From a virus, in IMG/VR virus record IMGVR_UViG_3300046474_000239, positions 40,449 through 104,448 of that record: 64,000 nt of DNA; one strand, given 5' to 3'. Positions within the stretch are counted from its first letter, which is position 1. Every line of letters starts with the position of its first letter. The translations under genes were made by a program, and so were the position numbers. The notes under the pieces are model-generated. The model saw nothing but the letters and a program-made list of their open reading frames with translations. It was not told the DNA's origin and did not search any database. Below are positions 56,412 through 64,000 of this stretch, one piece after another.

Positions 56412-57686
56412 ATGAGCACTGGACTTAAATTCCTGTCGGCTGCCATGGCCAACGGTGCCGGGAACGCGATCTTGCGTCTCGACGCCAACCTGCTCCACGA
56501 AGAGCAGGAGATCATGGCCTACGAGTTCATCAGGAACTTCTATCGGGATTACCGAGAATGCCCGACTGCCTCGGCGGTCCAGGAGCAGACAGGCATTCGA
56601 CTACCTCGGGCGGACGGACCGCTGAAGTTCCATGAGGACAGCCTTCACGAACGGTACGAGTTCGAGATCATGCGGGAGAGCTACCAGTCTCTCCGCGAGA
56701 TGGTCAAGGACGGCAGACCGCGCCCGATGCAGGAGGTGATGGAAAACACGATCCGTCGCATCCGTCGCACGCACCGAGGTCCTGGCCTGATCAACATCGG
56801 CGATGCGATGGAGCTGTCCATCGACCGTCTGCAAAACATGCAGATGCAGGGCGGTATGTCCGGGGTCCCGACTCCGTGGCGCACCCTGAACATCATCACC
56901 TCGGGCTACCAGAACGGCGACCTGATCACCTGGGTGGGGCGGACCTCCCTGGGTAAAACGATGATGCTCCTGCACCAAGCGGAGTACGCTTACGATGCCG
57001 GGTACTCGGTCCTGTTCGTAACAACCGAGATGGCTGCCGAGGCAATCGCTCGACGCTGGATGGCGATGAAGTGGGGCTTCGATCCAGAGGCCCTGAAGAA
57101 CGCCCAGGTGTCGACCTACACGCTGCGCAAGATGCGAGCCCTCAATGCTGAGTTGCTCGGGCGGGAACGCTTCCGCCTACTGCCTGCCGGGATGAACTCT
57201 GACCTGTCAATCGTTGAAGCAGCAATCGACGAGATGCAGCCGGACATCCTGTTCCTCGACGGTGTGTACCTGATGAAGCCCAGCGGCAAGCAAGTACACC
57301 GCAGCAAGACCGAACAGGTCTCGGCAGTGTTCGACGAACTGAAGCAACGCAACATCGACGCCAACATCCCCTTCGTCGTGAACACGCAGTTCAGTCGACA
57401 AGCGGGTAAGGGCGGCAAGGACGGCAGCCTGGAATCCATCGGTCTGTCTGACACAATCGGTCAACACAGTTCCATCGTCATCGCGGTCAAGCCTGGCCCA
57501 ACCGACGATTGGAAGCGCTCCAGGGAACTGGACTTGCTCAAGGGTCGAGAAGGTGAAGAGGGTAAGGTCTACGTGAACTATTTGTTCAAGCCTACCAACC
57601 TCACTGAGATGACCGCAGCAGAGCTGGCAGCGGTACAGGAAGACTCCGGCCCGTCGATTGGGGCGGATGGCGAGATTTACAACTGA
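56412..57686 (+). CDS. dnaB: DnaB-like replicative helicase
   Basis: SGYQNGDLITWVGRTSLGKT, VLFVTTEM, FLDGVYL, TQFSR, KGREG. Confidence 0.9.
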   Translation: MSTGLKFLSAAMANGAGNAILRLDANLLHEEQEIMAYEFIRNFYRDYRECPTASAVQEQTGIRLPRADGPLKFHEDSLHERYEFEIMRESYQSLREMVKDGRPRPMQEVMENTIRRIRRTHRGPGLINIGDAMELSIDRLQNMQMQGGMSGVPTPWRTLNIITSGYQNGDLITWVGRTSLGKTMMLLHQAEYAYDAGYSVLFVTTEMAAEAIARRWMAMKWGFDPEALKNAQVSTYTLRKMRALNAELLGRERFRLLPAGMNSDLSIVEAAIDEMQPDILFLDGVYLMKPSGKQVHRSKTEQVSAVFDELKQRNIDANIPFVVNTQFSRQAGKGGKDGSLESIGLSDTIGQHSSIVIAVKPGPTDDWKRSRELDLLKGREGEEGKVYVNYLFKPTNLTEMTAAELAAVQEDSGPSIGADGEIYN

Positions 57687-57696
57687 GGACGAACCC

Positions 57697-60588
57697 ATGC
57701 CATGCGACACAACGTTGTGCCAAGGCTGCCCCATCGAAGGACTTCATAGGCCGGTAGAACCGACCGGCTTCGAGGACGCACCCTACCTGATCGTCACGGA
57801 CACCCCGAGCAAGGCCGGTGCCAAGGAAGGGCGGTTGATCCCTCCTGCATCGAACCTGATGCTGTTCAAGAATCTGGACAAGGAGGGCTTTGACCCCGAC
57901 GACTTCCAGGTGCACCCGTTGTGCCTCTGCGCCTATGACCAGAACCTGTACAAGAACACCGAGAAGAAGAAAATCCACAAGCACTGCCGTGCTCACCTGG
58001 AAGACTTCATCGACGAGGTTCGGCCGCGTGCGATCCTGCCCCTGGGTGCCGAAGCCGCGAGCCAGGTATTCAACAAGTCCACTAAGATCACGCAGGTGCG
58101 CGGTCTGGGTCACATGTCCGAAGAGTTCGGCGTACCCATCTTCCCGCTGATGTCCCCAGGCCTCGCTGTGATGTACGCGCAGAACGAACCGGTACTCGCC
58201 GCTGACTGCCGATCCTTCGGCCGCTTGGCAGATGCGAACTTCGACGTGGACGCTGCGGATGACTTCGTGACCGGTGAATACATAGAGATCGACGACCTAC
58301 AATTCCTGATCGACATGAAGCCAGAGCTGGTCTCATTCGACACCGAGACCACAGGTCTGCGTTGGTATCAGCGCGGGGTCAACGTGCGGACCTACGTCGA
58401 GTCTAAGCACAAGGGCAAGCCATGGTTCCAACCGCGCTTCCAGATCCTCACCATGCAGTTCACCGTGGAATCCGGTAAGGCGTATGTCCTGGTCTGGGAC
58501 CACCCAGAACGCCCGATACCCGAGGACCGTAAGCCTCGCCTACGCAACCAACTCCGCAAGCTGCTCTGCAACCCAGAAACGCTGGTAATCGGTCAGGGGC
58601 TCAAGTTCGATAACGTAGGCCTTTGGATGTCCGAAGGGATCCGCTTCGAGATCGGCGGCGACACCGCAATGCTGTGCGCTATCCACGACGAAAACCTGCC
58701 AGAGAAGAACCTCGACATCCTGACCAAGCTCCACGTCCCAGAGATGGCCGGGTACGCCGACCGGTTCAACACGACAGTGGACAAGTCGCGGATGTGGGAA
58801 GTGCCGATCAAGACGATGATCCCGTACGGCGGTGGCGACACCGACGCGGCGTTCCGCGTGTACGAGAAACTCGAAGACCTGGTAGCGGCGGATGCCAAGA
58901 ACTGGAACCACTACTGCGAGGTATCCATCCCAGGGCTGAACGCGATGGCTGGCCTGGAGACGCGAGGCATGTACGTCGACCTGGACCACGCCCTGCCAGA
59001 GTTCCAGACCTTCCTGGAAGCGGAGGTACTCAAGCAGCGGGACGCATTGCTGGCCCAGGTGCACCGCGACATCAAGCTGAAACATATCGAGCTGAAGAAG
59101 GGCAACGTCGAAGAGGCGCTCAAGCTGTCGCGCCAGGACTTCCTCAAGGACATCCTGTTCTACCATCCGAAGGGTTTCCGTCTGAAGCCAAAGGTCTTCA
59201 CCAAGACTACCGAGAAGCTGCCCGACCACATGAAGGAACCTTCATGCAGCTCGAAGGACCACCTGCCGTACTTCTTCGAAGACTGCCCGTTCACTTTCGA
59301 GCTGGCTGAGTACGTGAAGGACGCCACCCTGCTCAACAACAACGTGGTCAACTTCCAAGAAAAGTTCGTGGTCGACGGCATGGTTCGCCCGACGTACTTC
59401 CTGGACAAGGCGGTCACCCGGCGCACCAGCTCGAAAGACCCGAACGGCCAGAACTTCCCGAAGCGCGGCAAGAAAGCAAAGATGTACCAGAAGAGCTTTG
59501 TTGCTCCCGAGGGCTGGGTCGTCATCCAGTGCGACTTATCGCAGGCTGAGTTGCGCATCGCCGGGGACATGGCGAACGACCAAGAGATCATCAGGATCTA
59601 CAACGCCAACGGCGACATCCACATCACCACCGCTTGCCTGGCACTCAACGTCACTGAAGCGCAGTTCAAGTTACTGCCTGAGAAGGAGCGGAAGGACTGG
59701 CGTCAGAAGGCCAAGGCGATCAACTTCGGATTCATCTACGGCATGTCCTGGCGGAAATTTATGGTCTACGCCAAAACTCAATATGGCGTGGAGTTCACCG
59801 AGAAAGAAGCCAAGGCGATCCGTACCAACTACTTCAAAAAGTACAAGGGCCTGGCACGCTGGCACGAAGTCGTCAAAGCGTACGTCGCACAGCACGGCCA
59901 GATTCGCTCCTACAGCGGCCTGCTGCGCCACCTGCCACAGGTCAACAGCGAGGAGGAGTACATCCAGGCGGAAGCCATGCGCCAAGGCATCAACAGCCCG
60001 GTGCAAGAGTTCGGCTCAACCCTGGGCGTGATCAGCCTCGGGCGGATGAACGAAGAGATCGACCCCGAGTACATGCGCGTCTTCGGCTTCATCCACGATG
60101 CGATCTACGCCTACGTCCGGGAGGAGCATGTCGACTGGGGTCTCAAGGTTCTGAAGAGCTACATGCAGGGCAACGACCTGGAGAAACTTTTCGGCCGTAA
60201 AATGAAAGTGCCGATCATCGCTGACGCGGCCTTCGGCTGGAACCAGGGTGAGCTGTTCGAGCTGGGTGACTTCGGCGGGTTCAGCCTGACCGAACCGTAC
60301 GACTTCACGCAGATCAAAGACAAGGACGGCAAGCAGTTGGTAAACCTGCCCCGGCAGACCACTCCGCCTAACCGTGGACGCCTGCGGGGCTCGCCCTACA
60401 CCCTGGCTACAGACCTCGAAGATGAGACCGTGCAGCACATTGCCAGGCTTCGTCGGACAGGGGTGGGAGTTGCCAGTCGGCCAGGGGGCCGGACCACTAG
60501 CGCCAAGCGGATTGTCAGGCCTCCGCGTGTCGAGGAAGAGGCGCCATCGCCGACCCCAAGGCTCAGGCGCACTAGGGCTTCGGTGTAG
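57697..60588 (+). CDS. polA: family A DNA polymerase with N-terminal UDG-family-4-like domain and 3'-5' exonuclease
   Basis: CxxC Fe-S-type start, FDTETTG (ExoI), RTSSKDPNGQN, DLSQAELR (A), RQKAKAINFGFIYG (B), IHDA (C). Confidence 0.92.
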   Translation: MPCDTTLCQGCPIEGLHRPVEPTGFEDAPYLIVTDTPSKAGAKEGRLIPPASNLMLFKNLDKEGFDPDDFQVHPLCLCAYDQNLYKNTEKKKIHKHCRAHLEDFIDEVRPRAILPLGAEAASQVFNKSTKITQVRGLGHMSEEFGVPIFPLMSPGLAVMYAQNEPVLAADCRSFGRLADANFDVDAADDFVTGEYIEIDDLQFLIDMKPELVSFDTETTGLRWYQRGVNVRTYVESKHKGKPWFQPRFQILTMQFTVESGKAYVLVWDHPERPIPEDRKPRLRNQLRKLLCNPETLVIGQGLKFDNVGLWMSEGIRFEIGGDTAMLCAIHDENLPEKNLDILTKLHVPEMAGYADRFNTTVDKSRMWEVPIKTMIPYGGGDTDAAFRVYEKLEDLVAADAKNWNHYCEVSIPGLNAMAGLETRGMYVDLDHALPEFQTFLEAEVLKQRDALLAQVHRDIKLKHIELKKGNVEEALKLSRQDFLKDILFYHPKGFRLKPKVFTKTTEKLPDHMKEPSCSSKDHLPYFFEDCPFTFELAEYVKDATLLNNNVVNFQEKFVVDGMVRPTYFLDKAVTRRTSSKDPNGQNFPKRGKKAKMYQKSFVAPEGWVVIQCDLSQAELRIAGDMANDQEIIRIYNANGDIHITTACLALNVTEAQFKLLPEKERKDWRQKAKAINFGFIYGMSWRKFMVYAKTQYGVEFTEKEAKAIRTNYFKKYKGLARWHEVVKAYVAQHGQIRSYSGLLRHLPQVNSEEEYIQAEAMRQGINSPVQEFGSTLGVISLGRMNEEIDPEYMRVFGFIHDAIYAYVREEHVDWGLKVLKSYMQGNDLEKLFGRKMKVPIIADAAFGWNQGELFELGDFGGFSLTEPYDFTQIKDKDGKQLVNLPRQTTPPNRGRLRGSPYTLATDLEDETVQHIARLRRTGVGVASRPGGRTTSAKRIVRPPRVEEEAPSPTPRLRRTRASV

Positions 60589-60645
60589 CTAGGAGGGGGC
60601 GGGAACGCCCCTTAAACTTCAGGAATCAACACAAGGAATTTCATC

Positions 60646-61107
60646 ATGTCCGAACGCATAATCCGCCGTACCAGAGCCGTTGCTCGCGGGGTCCTCCGTC
60701 AAGAGAACACCCACATCAAAGACATCGACGAGCGCATGCAATCAATTGCACGGAAGCGTCAGGAGATGCTCGCGGCGGCTCAAGAGATCAGTGAGCTGGA
60801 GAAGGAAGTCGAGGAGCTGATGAAGGCTGGCAAGCTCGAAGAGCACCAGTACCTGGACCTCCTGGCCCACTACGTCGAGACCAAGACCAACGCCAGCACC
60901 TTCGTCGATCCGAAAGTCCTGTACGCCAAGCTGAAAAACAAGGACGACTTCTTCAGTGTGGTCAAGGTCCAGGTCGGTGAGCTGAAGAACGTCATGACCG
61001 AGAAGGAGATCGAGCAGGTCGGCAAGGTCACCCCTGGCAAGGTCACCGGCAAGAAGTTCGAGATCATCGTCCCCAAAGACAAGGCAGGGCGCGGGAGGGG
61101 TAAATGA
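60646..61107 (+). CDS. coiled-coil hypothetical protein (possibly Gam/gp157-like)
   Basis: AAGGA RBS; helical N-terminal half, Lys-rich C-terminal half. Confidence 0.55.
   Translation: MSERIIRRTRAVARGVLRQENTHIKDIDERMQSIARKRQEMLAAAQEISELEKEVEELMKAGKLEEHQYLDLLAHYVETKTNASTFVDPKVLYAKLKNKDDFFSVVKVQVGELKNVMTEKEIEQVGKVTPGKVTGKKFEIIVPKDKAGRGRGK
60737..60750. repeat. 14-bp motif copy 19 (TGCAATCAATTGCA)
   Basis: exact, intragenic (MQSIA). Confidence 0.95.
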
Positions 61108-61685
61108 GCAAGCGCATAGACGACAACGCGGTAGAGCACTTCGCTATCGCGCTGAAGCAGAAGATGGATGCGTCTCGCAAGAAAGGGCGGAACGGCTGGC
61201 ATGATCCAGGCCTCTGCCCTGCGTCGTTCCTGGCGGACCAGTTCATCGGCCACATCTATAAGGGCAACGCCGGGACCTTCGAGGACCTCGCAATCTTCTG
61301 CATGATGCTCCACCAGCGCGGCGAAGATCCGAAGGTCTTGGTCGAAGCGGCCCAGCGCAAGCAAGCGATACTCCTGCGGGGCCTGGAGGACGTGGTCTAC
61401 AACAAGACCCGCCTGGACGAAGCCGAGGAGCTACTCCAGGACGCGCTCAACAACTGCTCCCGCGAGAACCGCCACTCGATCAAGGACTTTTTCGAGAAGT
61501 ACAAGATCGAGATCCGGCCCGAGGAAGAGCCGGACTGCAAGGAGGAGGGCGCGGAAGCCTTCAGCAGCGGAGCCAACCTCAAGGCCAACCCGTACAAGGA
61601 AGGCTGTGACTGGCACGAGCTTTGGATCGCCGGGTGGAAAGAGGCTCAGACCGCTTTCGTGGCCTACGTGGACGCTAAGGAGTAG
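61104..61685 (+). CDS. hypothetical two-domain protein with C-terminal Rmf/CrpP-like motif
   Basis: KGRNGW.DP..C...DLAIFCMMLHQRG domain; EG..AF..G....NPY......W.AGW. Confidence 0.6.
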   Translation: MSKRIDDNAVEHFAIALKQKMDASRKKGRNGWHDPGLCPASFLADQFIGHIYKGNAGTFEDLAIFCMMLHQRGEDPKVLVEAAQRKQAILLRGLEDVVYNKTRLDEAEELLQDALNNCSRENRHSIKDFFEKYKIEIRPEEEPDCKEEGAEAFSSGANLKANPYKEGCDWHELWIAGWKEAQTAFVAYVDAKE

Positions 61686-61688
61686 TAG

Positions 61689-62687
61689 ATGGACCGGGAG
61701 CAAATCAAGGAAGTCTGCCGCGAAGTATTCGGGCGGAACCACGACATGAAAGATCTGGGCAACTGGGTAGGTATGAAGTGCGTCCTCGCTCCCTGGACCC
61801 ATGCGAAGGGACACGACACCTCGCCCTCGGCCGGTGTGTCCGTCATCCCAGACGGAACCAGCATCTACAACTGTTTCACCTGCGGATCCCCCAAGCCGTT
61901 CCACCGCATGCTGGCTGACTATGCCGACTACAGCGGCGAAGACCTGGACGACCTGATCGAAGAGCTGGAAGAGGGTGAGTTCCTAGGTCCACTCAACGTG
62001 CCCGGCTACGACAAGATCCTTTCCGAGCGAGCCACCGACGAAGGCATACCGATGCCGATCCAGGAAGGCCTGTACATGGGTCTGTTCGAGTCGGCGGAGG
62101 GCCACCCCTACCTGCGGGAGCGGGGCATCTCACGAGCCATCACACGAGCCCTGGAGCTGCGCTTCGACCCATCCGATAGCGAGGGCGAACCACGTATCCT
62201 TTTCCCGGTACGCGGCCCGGACGGTCTCTTGTATGGCTTCAGCGGGCGGGCGATATACGAGGACGCGAGACTCAAGGTCCGCGACTACCACGGCCTGGTT
62301 AAGTCGGCCATGCTCCTGGGGAGTCACCTGGTACAGCCGAGCGATGACGTGTTAGTCGTAGAGGGCCTGTTCGACTACGCCAACGCCCATCAGTGTGGCT
62401 ATGCAGGCTGCGCGGTAATGCACTCTACTATGACAGACATCCAGGCGAGCATAGTCCGCAACCTCGGGCGCCCCACCTACCTGTTCTACGACAACGACGA
62501 CGCAGGGTTCAAAGGCGTAGTCCATGCCCGGAACAAGCTGGTAGGCCACGTACCCACGTTCGAGGTCACGTATCCCCGGATCAAGATTGAAGACGACTCC
62601 GAGCGCGGTTGGCATTGGCTGAAGGACCCAGGGGAGATGATCCCCGAAGACTTCGAGAGAATGCTCAAGGACGCGGAGCTTTTTTGA
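61689..62687 (+). CDS. DNA primase (Zn finger + TOPRIM)
   Basis: C....H...NCFTC, YLRERGI, RILFPV, GFSGR, VVEGLFD, YDNDDAG, KDPGE. Confidence 0.88.
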   Translation: MDREQIKEVCREVFGRNHDMKDLGNWVGMKCVLAPWTHAKGHDTSPSAGVSVIPDGTSIYNCFTCGSPKPFHRMLADYADYSGEDLDDLIEELEEGEFLGPLNVPGYDKILSERATDEGIPMPIQEGLYMGLFESAEGHPYLRERGISRAITRALELRFDPSDSEGEPRILFPVRGPDGLLYGFSGRAIYEDARLKVRDYHGLVKSAMLLGSHLVQPSDDVLVVEGLFDYANAHQCGYAGCAVMHSTMTDIQASIVRNLGRPTYLFYDNDDAGFKGVVHARNKLVGHVPTFEVTYPRIKIEDDSERGWHWLKDPGEMIPEDFERMLKDAELF

Positions 62688-62722
62688 CAGGTAAGGGGCT
62701 CGTCCCTAGTATCGGTACTTAC

Positions 62723-63109
62723 ATGACGACTCGTCATATTGCGAACCCAGACCTGCTGCTAGCCCACCTGAGACCTTTGCTCCAGGGAACGGCTGTAAAG
62801 CTCGTCGTAGAAATCAAACGCACCTACGGCAAGAAAGAACGCCTAGTGCAAAAAGGATTACTTATCGCTCCTGGAAGTGCCTACGGGCTAGTTGACCGGG
62901 CGGTAGTAGTCTCACTCCTTGGGAGTGGGAGTTGCGTCATCTTCCCGATGGCGAACACAAGCAAGGGTCAGTTGGTTAGAGCCGGGTTATCTCCCCAGCT
63001 AGCCATGGCTCTAATTGATCGACTGCAAATCCTCTACGGAGATTCACAAAATGGCACCACGCACTCGTACACCAAGCGCCGGTACAGGTCGAGACCGCGA
63101 CAGCGGTAA
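62723..63109 (+). CDS. hypothetical protein (uncertain)
   Basis: fills gap between primase and SSB; atypical codon use; overlaps SSB start. Confidence 0.35.
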   Translation: MTTRHIANPDLLLAHLRPLLQGTAVKLVVEIKRTYGKKERLVQKGLLIAPGSAYGLVDRAVVVSLLGSGSCVIFPMANTSKGQLVRAGLSPQLAMALIDRLQILYGDSQNGTTHSYTKRRYRSRPRQR

Positions 63110-64000
63110 GTCGGCTGCCCCCCGTGCGGCCTATCGCGGGGGCGCTGGCCTTCGCCAGATGGAAGAAGAAGCCAAACGCCAGGACGCGGCCAAAGAGGCA
63201 CGCAAGGCTAAAGGCTTTGAACCCTTCCGCTTTTGGACGCCAGTCACCGAGACCCGACAGCTCGTCATCATCGACGATGCGCCGGACTTCTTCCGCTATG
63301 AACACGCCCTGAAGGACAAGCGCAGCGGGCGCTATGACAACTTCCTTCCCTGCGTCAACGAAGACGCCAACTGCCCGGTCTGCTCGATCAGCGAGAAGCC
63401 TGCGTACTTCGCTATGTACCTCACCGTCATCGACCTGACCCCGTACGAAAACAAGGACGGCGACGAAGTCCCTTGGTCGAAGAAAATGCTCGTGGTCAAG
63501 CCTGCCCAGCAGAAGAAGATCGCCCGCCTCTACGAGAAGCACGGCACTCTGCGCGGTATGATCCTGGACATGACTCGCGACGGTGACAAAGACGCGGCCA
63601 TCGGCAACGACATCGAGTTCGTTGACTTCATGACAGAGAAAGAACTCGACGACTTCTACGACACCTACAAGGACAAGGAAGGTAAGAAGGTCGAGATCAT
63701 TGGTAGCGAAGTCTTCGACTACGACAAGATCTACCCAGAGATGACCGAGAAGCAGCTCGCCACCGTGGCAGGCGTTTCCGACACCTCGACGGGTCGCCGT
63801 GACGACGATGACAGAGCCATCGGTCGTACCCGTGGCCGCACCAGCAGCCGTGACGAAGAAGAGCCTCCAGCTCGCGGACGTTCGGCACCTCGCCGTGGCT
63901 CCCGCGACGAAGAAGAACCGGAAGCCGATGCCCCTACTCGCGGTGCCCGCCGTGGCCGCCGTGAAGAGCCAGAGGACGAGCCGGAGCCAGCACCTCGCCG
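63051..64000 (+). CDS. single-stranded DNA-binding protein (T4 gp32-like), truncated by window end; not in ORF track
   Basis: GGAG RBS, ATG 63051; own translation gives PFRFW..., YEH, PC....NCPVC, YLTVID, then long Arg/Glu block tail; frame open to 64000. Confidence 0.75.
   Translation, partial: MAPRTRTPSAGTGRDRDSGKSAAPRAAYRGGAGLRQMEEEAKRQDAAKEARKAKGFEPFRFWTPVTETRQLVIIDDAPDFFRYEHALKDKRSGRYDNFLPCVNEDANCPVCSISEKPAYFAMYLTVIDLTPYENKDGDEVPWSKKMLVVKPAQQKKIARLYEKHGTLRGMILDMTRDGDKDAAIGNDIEFVDFMTEKELDDFYDTYKDKEGKKVEIIGSEVFDYDKIYPEMTEKQLATVAGVSDTSTGRRDDDDRAIGRTRGRTSSRDEEEPPARGRSAPRRGSRDEEEPEADAPTRGARRGRREEPEDEPEPAPR

Noticed and set aside
309-60750. 14-bp motif as a CRISPR repeat, REP element or IS end
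   Set aside because: Copies are kilobases apart, only 14-16 bp, with no spacers, cas genes, transposase or target duplications.
309-60750. 14-bp motif as an FNR/Anr box or a canonical LacI-family operator
   Set aside because: It contains only one TTGAT/ATCAA half, not TTGAT-N4-ATCAA. LacI operators typically have a central CG, whereas the core here is invariably CA/TG. A host regulator is not fully excluded.
309-60750. 14-bp motif as recombinase crossover sites (inverted arms plus asymmetric 2-bp core)
   Set aside because: No recombinase was seen, and recombination between sites inside essential genes would destroy the genome. All genes remain co-oriented.
1-64000. tRNA genes, integrase, CI-like repressor, terminase, introns or inteins
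   Set aside because: None recognised by eye. Pol, helicase and MCP ORFs are uninterrupted. These genes may lie outside the window, so lifestyle cannot be called.

Overview
The window is about 64 kb of a GC-rich (roughly 60% by eye) tailed dsDNA phage genome, siphovirus-like. A Pseudomonas-like Gram-negative host is inferred from the spanins, GH19 endolysin and tail-tip genes. All credible genes are on the + strand. Gene order: (1) 1-18.8 kb, dense small hypothetical/early genes, many membrane proteins and paralogs, plus MazG-like, DUF1653, DUF1643 and M15-peptidase-like genes; (2) dNMP kinase and dimeric dUTPase; (3) 20.5-45.3 kb, virion module (SNase-like, portal, XkdF-like protease, scaffold, MCP, connectors, tail tube, frameshifted chaperones, TMP, tail tip, tail fibre); (4) 45.4-48.9 kb, lysis module; (5) 49-53.5 kb, an operon with a Ycf46-like AAA+ ATPase, DUF1257 and DUF2997; (6) 53.6-64 kb, replication genes (wHTH, O-like initiator, DnaC-like, DnaB, UDG-PolA fusion, primase, gp32-like SSB). 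I saw no terminase, integrase, tRNA or CRISPR. The most striking unexplained signal is a 14-bp quasi-palindrome, TGCAAT-CA-ATTGCA (reverse complement TGCAAT-TG-ATTGCA). I found 17 exact and 2 single-mismatch copies spread over the whole window, in both orientations, both intergenic and inside unrelated genes in different reading frames. Other notable signals are the Ycf46/DUF1257/DUF2997 module and Arg-rich terminal tags (RxRRTR-like) shared by many unrelated proteins. All family assignments come from motif recognition by eye, not database searches.
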